Positions 16,502-26,759 of a stretch of DNA of 64,000 bases are shown piece by piece; the stretch's first letter is position 1, and each line of letters opens with the position of its first letter. Origin of the DNA: Fidelibacterota bacterium (GTDB lineage: Bacteria > Fidelibacterota > Marinisomatia > Marinisomatales > UBA1611); assembly GCA_002708715.1 (NCBI GenBank), contig PAPB01000024.1, positions 33,320 through 97,319 of the forward strand, in the 5' to 3' direction. Position numbers and translations under genes: made by a program. The notes below the pieces were generated by a model. It saw only the letters and a list, made by a program, of their open reading frames with translations. It had not been told where the DNA came from and ran no database searches.

Positions 16502-18574
16502 TTGGAGCTTTCTTCCCCTCTTTCCATTGTTAAAGGTTTGGGACCTGCAAGGGAGAAGGTTTTAAATGAGCAAGGTCTTTTCACTGTAAGTGATATTCTA
16601 TATTATTTCCCCAGAAGACACTTAGATCGAACAGTATTAACCGCAATAAAAAAATTAGAAAAAGGAAATATTGTAAATATAATTGCTTCAGTAGAGACTT
16701 ATGGAGAAAGATCTATACGTCGAGGTAAAATTTTTCAGGTAATAGTTTCAGATGGAACTGGTTTATTGACATTGTCTTGGTTTAATGGTGTACGTTATAT
16801 AAAAAATATGATTAAGAAAGGCCAAAGATTAGCAATTTTTGGTAAAGTTGATTGGTATAAGGGCTTTACTATTACCCATCCTGAATTTGAAATATTAGAT
16901 GATACTGATGATGTTAGTATATTGGGAGGGGTGATACCTATTTATCCGTTAACAAAAGAATTCCATTCTGTGGGCTTAGAACAACGGAGATTAAGGAGTA
17001 TTATAAAGAAGGTTCTTGAATCTAAGTTATTAATTCCTGAAATATTTTCTCAATTAGCATTAAATAAATTAAATTTAATTCCTCTAGAAAAAGCTTTAAA
17101 TCTTATTCATTTTTCGGAAAATATTGGTGAGTTAGATTTGGCTATCAGAAGGTTAAAGTTTGATGAGCACTTTTTTTTACAATTACTTGTTGCGCTAAAA
17201 AAAAATGAAATCAAATCTAATGGAACAAAGGCCTTATCTGATATTGGTCCATATTTTAAAAAGATTTCTAAAAGTCTCGATTTTGAATTAACAAATGCTC
17301 AAAAAAGAGTAATTCAAGACATTCATAAAGATTTAAAATTTTCGCGACCCATGAATCGGTTGATCCAAGGTGATGTAGGTTGTGGAAAAACTGTAATCGC
17401 AATTTTAATTGCGGCATTAGCTATTGGTAATAATGTGCAAGTGGCGGTTTTGGTGCCGACAGAAATATTAGCTGTTCAACATTTTTTATCATTTAAAAGT
17501 GAATTTGATAAAGTTAATATTGCTTGTTCTCTTTTAGTGGGAAAAATGAAAAAAATTGAAAGAGAACCGATTCTAAATGGATTGAAAACGGGAAGAGTAT
17601 CGGCGGTAATTGGTACCCATGCGTTAATTCAGAAGGATGTGAATTTTAAAAATTTAGGATTGGTGATCATTGATGAACAACACCGTTTTGGTGTAAATCA
17701 GCGCGCCCAGATTTTAAAAAAAGGTTTTAATCCACATTTAATGTCTATGACAGCAACACCTATCCCTAGAACCCTCGCTATAACTTATCATGGGGATATG
17801 GATTTATCTATAATTGATGAATTACCTTCTAATAGATTGCCTGTTAAGACAAAAGTAGTAGACCCAATGAGAATGAAAAAAGTTTATGATTTTATAAAAG
17901 ACAAAATATCATTAGGGAAACAATGTATTATTGTGTATCCATTAGTAGAAGAATCAGAAAAGTCTGATCTGGCAGCATCAGTAGAAGCATATGAGATATT
18001 ATCAAATTCTCATTTTTTAAATATTCATGTTGGACTTTTGCATGGTAAAATGAAAACTAATGAGAAAGAAAATATTATTCGACAGTTTAAGGATAATAAA
18101 ATAAAAATTCTTGTATCTACCACTGTAGTTGAAGTTGGTCTTGATATTCCTAATGCAACTATTATGCTTGTAGAGCATGCCGAAAGATTTGGGTTAACTC
18201 AGTTACACCAATTAAGAGGTAGAGTGGGGAGAGGATCCGAAAAGAGTTATTGTATATTAGTTAAGAGAAATATTACTGATGTTTCTCAAACACGACTTGC
18301 AATAATGGAGCAAACAAATGATGGATTTGAAATTGCTGACGCAGATTTACAGCTTAGGGGTCCAGGAGAGTTTTTTGGTTTAAGGCAATCTGGTTTTGTT
18401 CAATATAAGATAGCAAATCTAGCCACAGATGGAGAAATAATTCGAGAAGCTAGACAATTTGCATTTGACTTAGTTAAAGCAGATCCAAATCTTCAAAGTC
18501 AATCAAATAAAGAGATTAGGAAAATATTTAAAAATAATTACGCAGATCAGATAAAAAATTTAAAATTAATTTAA
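16502..18574 (+). CDS. recG: ATP-dependent DNA helicase RecG
   Basis: 690 aa with a wedge/OB N-terminal domain, Walker A GDVGCGKT, DEQHRFGV, TATPIPRTL and QLRGRVGRG. Uses a TTG start. Confidence 0.93.
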   Translation: MELSSPLSIVKGLGPAREKVLNEQGLFTVSDILYYFPRRHLDRTVLTAIKKLEKGNIVNIIASVETYGERSIRRGKIFQVIVSDGTGLLTLSWFNGVRYIKNMIKKGQRLAIFGKVDWYKGFTITHPEFEILDDTDDVSILGGVIPIYPLTKEFHSVGLEQRRLRSIIKKVLESKLLIPEIFSQLALNKLNLIPLEKALNLIHFSENIGELDLAIRRLKFDEHFFLQLLVALKKNEIKSNGTKALSDIGPYFKKISKSLDFELTNAQKRVIQDIHKDLKFSRPMNRLIQGDVGCGKTVIAILIAALAIGNNVQVAVLVPTEILAVQHFLSFKSEFDKVNIACSLLVGKMKKIEREPILNGLKTGRVSAVIGTHALIQKDVNFKNLGLVIIDEQHRFGVNQRAQILKKGFNPHLMSMTATPIPRTLAITYHGDMDLSIIDELPSNRLPVKTKVVDPMRMKKVYDFIKDKISLGKQCIIVYPLVEESEKSDLAASVEAYEILSNSHFLNIHVGLLHGKMKTNEKENIIRQFKDNKIKILVSTTVVEVGLDIPNATIMLVEHAERFGLTQLHQLRGRVGRGSEKSYCILVKRNITDVSQTRLAIMEQTNDGFEIADADLQLRGPGEFFGLRQSGFVQYKIANLATDGEIIREARQFAFDLVKADPNLQSQSNKEIRKIFKNNYADQIKNLKLI

Positions 18575-18646
18575 TTAATACTCGTTTTCTATAGATACTG
18601 ATAGAACTAAATTTGCCGGTTTGTGATTTTAGATAAATAACTTTTA

Positions 18647-18952
18647 ATGATTATGGCAAAAACTTTTTTAGATAAAGATGAAAATTTATTTTCTTATATT
18701 GTTGATACCTTTAGATCTAGTGCAAGTATTTCAATGGGGAAGATGAAAAATCCTGTAACAAATAAAACAGATATTAATCTTGACCAGGCTAAGTATTACA
18801 TGGATTTATTGAATATGTTACAAAGAAAAACAAAGAATAATTTAACAGATTATGAGGAACAAATGCTCATTAATACCGTTAGTGAATTAAAGATGAATTT
18901 TATTGAGGTAAAAAACTCTGTAGATAATATTAATTCTTCTTTAGAAAATTGA
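18647..18952 (+). CDS. DUF1844-like small protein
   Basis: 101 aa. The pattern F..IV..F..SA...MGK..NP.T....INLDQAKYYMDLLNMLQRKTKNNL matches the DUF1844 signature as I recall it. Confidence 0.55.
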   Translation: MIMAKTFLDKDENLFSYIVDTFRSSASISMGKMKNPVTNKTDINLDQAKYYMDLLNMLQRKTKNNLTDYEEQMLINTVSELKMNFIEVKNSVDNINSSLEN

Positions 18953-18975
18953 ATAAATAAAAAGAAAAAAATAAA

Positions 18976-21954
18976 ATGATTCATCCAAATTATATTTCTA
19001 TCAATCGAGTTTTTGCTGGGATAACTTTTTTAATATCTTTCATTGTTTACTTTGATACGATGGCGCCTACTGTCTCCTATTGGGATTGCGGTGAATTTAT
19101 TGCTGTTTCATATACTCTTGGAGTACCTCATCCACCAGGAAGTCCTCTGTTTTTATTATTAGGGCGGATAGCATCTATGTTGCCTATTAGTGAAGATATA
19201 GCATTTCGAGTAAATCTTATGTCTCCATTAGTAAGTGCATTTGCTGTAATGTTTTTATATCTAATTATTGTTAAGGTGGTGAATCATTGGCGTGGAAAAA
19301 TTGAATCCACTACTGATGCATTGATATCATTTGGCGCTGGAGTTGTAGGGTCATTGACATTTGCTTTTACTGATAGCCATTGGTTTAATGCCGTTGAGGC
19401 GGAAGTCTATGCTTTTAGCACATTTTTTACGGCAATAGTTGTTTGGCTTATATTGATTTGGAGTGAAAAAGCAGATAATAGAGGTCATGAGAGATATATA
19501 TTAATAATTGCATATATGATAGGCCTTGCGACGGGTTTGCATTTGCTTAATTTGCTTACATTGCCTTTTGTAGCTTTAATAATTTATTTTAGAAAATATA
19601 ATTTTGAGTGGATTTCTTTTGGAATTATGGTTGTTCTTACAGGACTTGTTTTTTTTATAATTCATAATGTAATCATAAAAGGAATGCCTAAAATAGCTGA
19701 TTCTATTGGAGTGCTGTCAACAGGTTTATTAATTATTGCGGTTTTTGCGGGGATGGTCTGGGCTATTATAAATCAAAAGCAGTTGATGTCAGTTTTATTA
19801 ACATCTTTGGTTTTAGTACTCATTGGTTATTCAACTTATGCATTAATATTTATTAGGTCTAATCAAGACCCTGGCATTGATGAAAATGACCCTGAAACCG
19901 TTGAAGCATTTATTTCCTATTTAGAGCGAGAACAGTATGGAGATGTTGGTCTTTTCCCTCGTCGTTTTAAAGGTATTAAACCGATACATGAAGTAGTAGG
20001 TTATCCAGAGGGGCCAGGAAGAAAATTTTCACCTAAGCAAGAAAGTGATTATAGAAGCCATCAAGCAGGAAAACAATGGGCTTTCTTTTGGGATTACCAA
20101 GTTCGGAAAATGTATAATCGTTATTTTTTATGGCAGTTCGCTGGTCGTGGTCCATCCGCAGAATCAGGAGTAATATCAATGGGGGCAAATAACAGAGAAG
20201 ATGGAATTGATATAACGCAATTTGGTTTGCCACTTGCATTTATTCTTGGAGTAATAGGTATGTTGTATCATGGATACCGTGATGAAAAAATGGCATTCTC
20301 TGTAATGGCGTTATTTATAATGACTGGATATGCAATAATATTATACCTTAACCAAGATAATCCCCAACCAAGAGAAAGAGATTACTCATATGTTGGTAGC
20401 TTTTTTGCTTTTTCTATTTGGATAGGTGCAGGTACTGCTGCAATTAGTGAATGGATTAGTAAAAGTTTAGAAAATAAAGACTTAAGTAAAAGACTAATTA
20501 TTATAGCTTTAGTTTTGCAAATTGTTTTTGTGCCAACTGTAATGGCTAGAGCTAATTATCATTCACATGATAGATCAGGGAATTTTGTGGCATGGGACTA
20601 TAGTTATAATATCCTTCAGTCCTGTGGACCAAATGGAATTATTTTTACTAATGGTGATAATGATACATTTCCATTGTGGTATTTACAAGAGGTCGAAAAA
20701 GTAAGGACGGATGTGGCGGTTGTAAATTTAAGTTTGTTAAATACTCCATGGTATATAAAACAGTGGAGAGATAAAAGACCTAAGCAAACCAAATTTATAA
20801 ATCTGAGTGATCCTCAAATTGATAAGCTTACATCTACTCTTCAGCAATGGAAAACAAGAACAGTTCAAGTTCCTGTGTATAATGACCCAGAAAATAAAGA
20901 AGGATATATAGAGTGGGAGATGAAGCCAACATATGCGGGACAAGCATTGCGAGTTCAAGATATGATGATTATGAAAATTATTGATGATGCTGCTTGGAGA
21001 GTCCCAATATATTTTGCTGTAACTGTTTCTCAACAGAATCGAATTGGGCTAGATCAATATTTAGATATGCAGGGTCTTACTTTTCAATTGAAAAGTCATA
21101 AAACAAAACCTGTGGATACAGAAAAAATGTTTGCAAATCTTATGACTGATATTGGTGAAAAAGATTGGTCAATTAATTTTGATCATGACGAATTTTATGA
21201 TTATAATAAAGAAATAAAACAAGATAAACTAGAACAAGACAATGGCTATATAAATTGGTCAAGAGATTATCAGCCTGGCTATATGTTTCGCAATTTGGGA
21301 AATGAAAAAATATTTTATAATAAACAGACAAAACGATTACTCCAGAACTATCGTAGTGCCTATATGCAATTAGCTGTAACCTATTATATGGAGTATCAGA
21401 GAAAAGATAAAAAGAAAAAAAATAGGTCTGATTCAGATTTAAATGATTTAAAAAATAAGATAATTCAAGTTTTAGATAAAATGGAAAAAAATATTCCTTC
21501 GAATGTCATTCCAATTCAATCTGAAGATTTACATTATCAGGTTGCTAGGATTTATGGTGATCTTGAAGATACAGGCGCTATGCGAAAGATACTTGAAAAT
21601 TTAGTAAGTCGTATTAATGGCCGGCCTCTAAATAGAGTTGAATATGCAAACACATTTTATAAAGAATTAGGTGATACTGAAAAAGCTATTAATATTCTTG
21701 AAGATATGCGTGGTGATTATTTAAGGAAAGAGAGTATGGTAAGTGTGCGTGGATTTAGTAAAGAAACTGTAAAAAAAGGTGAATGGTCAAGATGGCAAAA
21801 AGCATATCCTGAAATAATTTCTTCTTTAGTTTATATTTACAGAGAAAATAATCAATTAACGGATGCTGAAATTATATTATCTGAATGGGTTAATCGTAAC
21901 CCAAGTGATGGGAATGCTAAAAAAATATTGGAAGAGGTTCGCTCCGGCGAATAA
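18976..21954 (+). CDS. DUF2723 family membrane protein (GT-C-like glycosyltransferase fold) with a C-terminal helical/TPR-like domain
   Basis: 992 aa. The N-terminal motif YWDCGEFIAVSYTLGVPHPPGSPLF is characteristic of DUF2723. About 10 TM segments are followed by a large soluble C-terminal half. Confidence 0.75.
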   Translation: MIHPNYISINRVFAGITFLISFIVYFDTMAPTVSYWDCGEFIAVSYTLGVPHPPGSPLFLLLGRIASMLPISEDIAFRVNLMSPLVSAFAVMFLYLIIVKVVNHWRGKIESTTDALISFGAGVVGSLTFAFTDSHWFNAVEAEVYAFSTFFTAIVVWLILIWSEKADNRGHERYILIIAYMIGLATGLHLLNLLTLPFVALIIYFRKYNFEWISFGIMVVLTGLVFFIIHNVIIKGMPKIADSIGVLSTGLLIIAVFAGMVWAIINQKQLMSVLLTSLVLVLIGYSTYALIFIRSNQDPGIDENDPETVEAFISYLEREQYGDVGLFPRRFKGIKPIHEVVGYPEGPGRKFSPKQESDYRSHQAGKQWAFFWDYQVRKMYNRYFLWQFAGRGPSAESGVISMGANNREDGIDITQFGLPLAFILGVIGMLYHGYRDEKMAFSVMALFIMTGYAIILYLNQDNPQPRERDYSYVGSFFAFSIWIGAGTAAISEWISKSLENKDLSKRLIIIALVLQIVFVPTVMARANYHSHDRSGNFVAWDYSYNILQSCGPNGIIFTNGDNDTFPLWYLQEVEKVRTDVAVVNLSLLNTPWYIKQWRDKRPKQTKFINLSDPQIDKLTSTLQQWKTRTVQVPVYNDPENKEGYIEWEMKPTYAGQALRVQDMMIMKIIDDAAWRVPIYFAVTVSQQNRIGLDQYLDMQGLTFQLKSHKTKPVDTEKMFANLMTDIGEKDWSINFDHDEFYDYNKEIKQDKLEQDNGYINWSRDYQPGYMFRNLGNEKIFYNKQTKRLLQNYRSAYMQLAVTYYMEYQRKDKKKKNRSDSDLNDLKNKIIQVLDKMEKNIPSNVIPIQSEDLHYQVARIYGDLEDTGAMRKILENLVSRINGRPLNRVEYANTFYKELGDTEKAINILEDMRGDYLRKESMVSVRGFSKETVKKGEWSRWQKAYPEIISSLVYIYRENNQLTDAEIILSEWVNRNPSDGNAKKILEEVRSGE

Positions 21955-21957
21955 AAT

Positions 21958-23007
21958 TTGGCTAAATATGATGTGAAAGTTTCAATTATTATTCCGCATT
22001 GGAATGGTATTGAAACACTCTCAGAATGTATTAAATCAATTTTAAAAACACAGTTTGACTCTTATGAAATTATAGTAGTTGATAATGCTTCTACTGATGG
22101 TAGTCAGGATTGGATAAAAGAAGAATACCCTCAAATTATATTAATAGAAAATGATAAAAATTATGGCTATGCAGGAGGTTGTAATCGCGGTGCTGATTAT
22201 GCTAATGGTGAGTTTATTATTTTTCTCAATAATGATACAATACAAGATCCTGAATGGATAAAATATCTTATCAATCTTGTTGAAACAAATAAAAATATCG
22301 CGGCCGCTCAACCTAAAGTTTTAAATTATTTTAATAAAAATATTTTTGATTATGCAGGAGGATCTGGAGGACATATGGATGTGTTTTGTTTCCCTTTTGC
22401 TCGTGGAAGAATTTTTTTAAATCAAGAAATTGATCTTGGCCAATATAATGATTCTAGGCAGTGTTTTTGGGCATCAGGAACAGCTTTTTTAATTAGAAAA
22501 GAGTTATTCCTTAAAGCTGGCAAGTTTGATGAAGTGTTTTTTTCACATATGGAAGAGATAGACTTGTGTTGGCGTTTACGGGCAATGGGATTTCAGATAT
22601 GGGTTGCTCCTAAATCAATAGTATACCATAAGAATGCATTATCAATGCCAATGCATAGTCATAAAAAATATTACCTTAACCATCGTAACTCTTTGCTAAT
22701 GCTTTTTGGTAATTATTCTTTTATAAATACTATTTTAATAGGTACAGTTAGAATAATCTTAGAGTATGTTGCTTTTTTTTATTCTATTTTTAAGTTTGAT
22801 TGGAATCATGCTTCTGCAATTATCAGATCATTATGTTGGATAGCATTTCATCCACATATTATTTTAAAAAAGCGTTCTAGATTTAAAATGATACGTAAGG
22901 AAAAAGATAACAATCTTTTTAAGAATTTTTTTAAAAATTCTATTGTTTATAATTATTATATAAAAGGTAAAAAAACTTATTTAGAGATAGAGTCTATTGA
23001 TTCTTGA
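21958..23007 (+). CDS. family 2 glycosyltransferase
   Basis: VSIIIPHWNG, VVDNASTDGS, FLNNDT (DxD-like) and EEIDLCWR motifs. TTG start 3 nt after the DUF2723 stop. Confidence 0.85.
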   Translation: MAKYDVKVSIIIPHWNGIETLSECIKSILKTQFDSYEIIVVDNASTDGSQDWIKEEYPQIILIENDKNYGYAGGCNRGADYANGEFIIFLNNDTIQDPEWIKYLINLVETNKNIAAAQPKVLNYFNKNIFDYAGGSGGHMDVFCFPFARGRIFLNQEIDLGQYNDSRQCFWASGTAFLIRKELFLKAGKFDEVFFSHMEEIDLCWRLRAMGFQIWVAPKSIVYHKNALSMPMHSHKKYYLNHRNSLLMLFGNYSFINTILIGTVRIILEYVAFFYSIFKFDWNHASAIIRSLCWIAFHPHIILKKRSRFKMIRKEKDNNLFKNFFKNSIVYNYYIKGKKTYLEIESIDS

Positions 23008-23825
23008 TATACATCTCTTCTATCTGGGTCTAAGTTTTTCATATCTTCTAATAATTCTCGTTGACCGAGCATCTCTAATAGGTGTGTAATTTCTTCAGAA
23101 TGAATTTTTAAAAAAAATTGTGTATGACTATCTCTACCAATATCTTGGAAAGATTGTTCAAGTCCATCTAGCATGATATTTAATTCTTTAAGGACTTCAT
23201 CCACATTCCCATCTTTAAATAAATCTAAAGATATATACCATGCAAGCCGAGCTTTGCGAAGACCCATATTGCGATTAAGATTATCAACAAGTGTGATTCG
23301 AAATCCCCATCCTTTTTTATAATCTGAAGATGATCCTCTTAGAGCTATATCGCGAGCAAGCTCTAGAGATTCATTCCCACCATTGAATTCATATGTGTCT
23401 ATTTCTCCAGCTAAAATTAAATAAGCATAGTATGCTAAAAATCCAGTAACTGGTTCAAAAAGTACAGGGTCATAATATAGGCTACTTCCAGAGTTATAAT
23501 AGAACTGAACACTTTTATCAAAATATCTTAAATCTTGTCCATTTGAAAACAGTGCCTGACAGTTATAAATTGTTTCACTACCTTTTTGGGTAACACCTTC
23601 AAATATTATTTGTACATATAATTTAATATCTAAATCATTATAGCGATCATCCCAGGTTGTATTTACAAAAAAATTAGTTATGTCATTTTTTAAATTTATC
23701 AGTTCATGCTTTTCATCGCTTCTTAATAGTCGATCATCTAATGTAACATCAACTGAAAGAAATTGACCGAAAAGAATATTGGTATAAATAATTGTGATTA
23801 TGAAGGATGTGGTGATTTTTAACAT
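22977..23825 (-). CDS. DUF4835-like secreted protein
   Basis: 282 aa with a signal peptide. The pattern of the N-terminal beta region followed by GFLAYYAYLILAGEIDT resembles Bacteroidota DUF4835 proteins. Assignment is from memory only. Confidence 0.4.
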   Translation of the reverse strand: MLKITTSFIITIIYTNILFGQFLSVDVTLDDRLLRSDEKHELINLKNDITNFFVNTTWDDRYNDLDIKLYVQIIFEGVTQKGSETIYNCQALFSNGQDLRYFDKSVQFYYNSGSSLYYDPVLFEPVTGFLAYYAYLILAGEIDTYEFNGGNESLELARDIALRGSSSDYKKGWGFRITLVDNLNRNMGLRKARLAWYISLDLFKDGNVDEVLKELNIMLDGLEQSFQDIGRDSHTQFFLKIHSEEITHLLEMLGQRELLEDMKNLDPDRRDVYQESIDSISK

Positions 23826-23896
23826 GATAAGAAATTGAACAAAACGTTTTTACTTTACAAGGTGTTTGTTTTTAATGTATAAAAGTAATTTAGAGT

Positions 23897-25330
23897 ATGG
23901 AAAACATAAAATATTTACTTGATTTAGATAAATATAAATCTGTTAAGTCAATTTTATTTATTGCAGGGGAATTAGGTAAAAAAGAAAATATTGATATATA
24001 TGTAGTTGGAGGTTTTGTACGTGATCTGTTAATGGATAATAATATAAATGATATTGATATTATGGTAGTAGGGGATGGTATTGGTTTTGCAAAAAAATTA
24101 GCGTTAAAACTAGGACAAAAAAAGATTGTTCCATTTCCAAAATTTGGGACTGCAATTATTCCAAATAAAAATATAAATGTTGAGATAGCAAGTGCTCGGA
24201 CTGAATCATATTTGAATGATTCAAGAAAGCCAACAAAAGTTGTTTATACAGATTTAAAAGGAGATTTATGTCGCAGAGATTTTACAATAAATGCTATGGC
24301 AATGGATATCCATCCTACATATTTTGGGAATTTAACTGATTTATTTAATGGGAAAATTGATATTAATAAAAAGATTATTAAAACCCCATTAGATCCAGAT
24401 GAAACCTTTTCAGAAGATCCTCTGAGGATGATGCGAGCAGCTTATTTTTCTTCTAAACTCGATTTTAAAATAGAACAATCTTTGCTTGATTCTATAAAAA
24501 GAACTTCTCATAGAATTGAAATTGTATCAAGTGAACGGATACGAGATGAGTTTATAAAAATATTAAAAACAAACAAACCATCAATTGGTATTATTATATT
24601 GCAAAAATCAGGATTGCTTAAATATATATTCCCAGAAATTGATATTATGTATGGAATGGATCAGACCTCTGAATGGCATCATAAAGATATATTTACACAC
24701 ACACTACAAGTGGTAGATAATGCTGCTAGATTAACTAAAAAAATGGAAATTCGTTTTGCTGCATTAGTGCATGATATTGCTAAACCGCAGACTAGAAGAA
24801 TTGATAAAAATAAAGGATATACTTTTCATGGGCATGATGCTGTCGGAGAGAAGATGATTGATAAAATTGCAGTGAGAATGAAGCTTCCAAATGCATTAAA
24901 ATTTTATTTAAAAAAACTTACGTTGTTACATTTGCGTCCTATTGCTCTTGTAAAAGATATTGTAACTGATTCCGCAGTAAGGCGATTAATGGTTGCCGCT
25001 GGTGAGGATTTAGATGATTTGATGATTCTTTGTCGAGCTGATATAACTACAAAAAATTCAAAACGAGTAAAAAAGTATTTAAAAAACTTTGAAAATGTAG
25101 AACAAAAAATGAATAGTGTATTAGAAAAAGATTCTATGAAAGCTTTTCAATCACCCGTTAGAGGTAATAAGATTATGGAAATTTGTGGTATTGGTGAAGG
25201 GCCTAGTATTGGTCAAATTAAGAAAAATATTGAAGAAGCTATTTTAAATGGAGATATTCAAAATAATTATGAAGATGCGTTAGAATATTTGAATAAAATA
25301 AAAGAAAATTTCCTAGAAAAACCCAACTAA
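23897..25330 (+). CDS. cca: CCA tRNA nucleotidyltransferase / poly(A) polymerase family with HD domain
   Basis: GGFVRDLL, DIDIMV and RRDFTINAMA (class II nucleotidyltransferase head). HD region HHKDIFTHTL...ALVHDIAKP. Confidence 0.85.
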   Translation: MENIKYLLDLDKYKSVKSILFIAGELGKKENIDIYVVGGFVRDLLMDNNINDIDIMVVGDGIGFAKKLALKLGQKKIVPFPKFGTAIIPNKNINVEIASARTESYLNDSRKPTKVVYTDLKGDLCRRDFTINAMAMDIHPTYFGNLTDLFNGKIDINKKIIKTPLDPDETFSEDPLRMMRAAYFSSKLDFKIEQSLLDSIKRTSHRIEIVSSERIRDEFIKILKTNKPSIGIIILQKSGLLKYIFPEIDIMYGMDQTSEWHHKDIFTHTLQVVDNAARLTKKMEIRFAALVHDIAKPQTRRIDKNKGYTFHGHDAVGEKMIDKIAVRMKLPNALKFYLKKLTLLHLRPIALVKDIVTDSAVRRLMVAAGEDLDDLMILCRADITTKNSKRVKKYLKNFENVEQKMNSVLEKDSMKAFQSPVRGNKIMEICGIGEGPSIGQIKKNIEEAILNGDIQNNYEDALEYLNKIKENFLEKPN

Positions 25331-25398
25331 ATTTTTGTTTAATTAAAGTCTTATTAAGGATCAATGAAACTTCCCAATAAATATATTGTATACAGTTG

Positions 25399-26748
25399 AT
25401 GAAAAATATTGTTTTTATAATTTTTATTTTATTTCAATATTTATTTGGACAAGATTATAGCTTAAATGATTGTATCCAAACTGCATTAGGTCAGAAGAAA
25501 ACAATTCTTTCTGCAACCCTTGAGGTAGCATCAGCTGAAAAAGCTGTAAAAGCTTCTTACAGTGGAATCTTACCTTCTATACAGGCAATAAGTGGAGTAG
25601 CGCAAAATCGTTTTCCTGAAAGACAAGCTATTTCATATGATTTTAGCAGTCTTACAGATTTTAATTTTTTGGATCCACAGATACCTTCAGATACTTCAGT
25701 CTCAAGTAGCTTTAATAATTTATCGGCAGGTTTATCATTAAATCAGTTAGTGTATGATGGCGGTAGGTCAAAGGTTCAAATACAACAGGCACGAGTCAAT
25801 TTAGACATAGCACATTTTAATGAAAGATTAATAAAGACAAATGTCATTCAAAAAGTAATTCAATCCTATTACAATCTTTTGCAAGCTCAAAAATTATATG
25901 ATGTGGCAGAAAAAAACTTAGAAATGTCCAAGGGTCAGGTTTCTCTCGTAGAAAAACAATTTGAACTAGGTGTAGTTAAAAAAACCGATCTTTTAAAAGC
26001 AAATGTAGCGTACGGTCAGGCTCGCGTTGATGCGCTTAATAAAAAGGTTAATTATGAGAACAATAGAAGAGTCTTATTCAATGATATGGGCTTGCAAGAC
26101 TTTGGACAAAAAATCACTGCTATGGATGACAAATGGGTTGCCCCAACAATACCTACAAAAACTGAAATTTTAAAATTTTTAAAGGATAAGAATCCTTCTA
26201 TAGCTATTTCAAAACAACAGATTAAAGTTCGAGACTTATCTATTAAGCTAGCCAAAGGTCTAAGGATGCCACTTATAAACACTTCTATTAATTACTCAGC
26301 AAATGGTGAAAATTCGGAAAAATTAATTGATTCTTTTCAGGATGATTGGTCTTTGGGATTTAATTTATCTTTTAGCATCCCTATTTATTCTGGTAATAGT
26401 TTATCAATTCAACACCAACAGACCTTGCTATCTAAGCAGCAATCTGAATATTCTTATATTACTCTTTTAAATGATTTACGTGTCCAGGCAGAATTAATTC
26501 GTGAAACTTTGACAAATTATACGGAAATAATTCCCATTAATCAGGAAATTGTTTTATCCGCTGAGGAAGACTTAAAGCTTGTCACAGAACGGTATAGTCT
26601 TGGATCTGCTACAATATTAGAAGTGTTAGATGCACAGGTATCTCTAATGCGTTCAAAATCATCTCTTATTAATATCATTCATGATGCCAGAATTCAGGAG
26701 GCGAGTTTAAATGCGCTACTAGGTGTTTTGGATGGCAAATACCAATAG
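25399..26748 (+). CDS. TolC-family outer membrane efflux protein
   Basis: About 449 aa with a signal peptide. Two repeats show the TolC coiled-coil/barrel pattern (YSGILPSI..., NYSANGEN...). I prefer the ATG at 25399 to the TTG at 25396. Confidence 0.85.
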   Translation: MKNIVFIIFILFQYLFGQDYSLNDCIQTALGQKKTILSATLEVASAEKAVKASYSGILPSIQAISGVAQNRFPERQAISYDFSSLTDFNFLDPQIPSDTSVSSSFNNLSAGLSLNQLVYDGGRSKVQIQQARVNLDIAHFNERLIKTNVIQKVIQSYYNLLQAQKLYDVAEKNLEMSKGQVSLVEKQFELGVVKKTDLLKANVAYGQARVDALNKKVNYENNRRVLFNDMGLQDFGQKITAMDDKWVAPTIPTKTEILKFLKDKNPSIAISKQQIKVRDLSIKLAKGLRMPLINTSINYSANGENSEKLIDSFQDDWSLGFNLSFSIPIYSGNSLSIQHQQTLLSKQQSEYSYITLLNDLRVQAELIRETLTNYTEIIPINQEIVLSAEEDLKLVTERYSLGSATILEVLDAQVSLMRSKSSLINIIHDARIQEASLNALLGVLDGKYQ

Positions 26749-26759
26749 AAGAAAATAAT

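Noticed and set aside
18587-18606. Hairpin ttctat-agatactg-atagaa downstream of recG, considered as an intrinsic terminator.
   Set aside because: The 6-bp stem is almost entirely A/T and is not followed by a T-run, so it is thermodynamically too weak to call.
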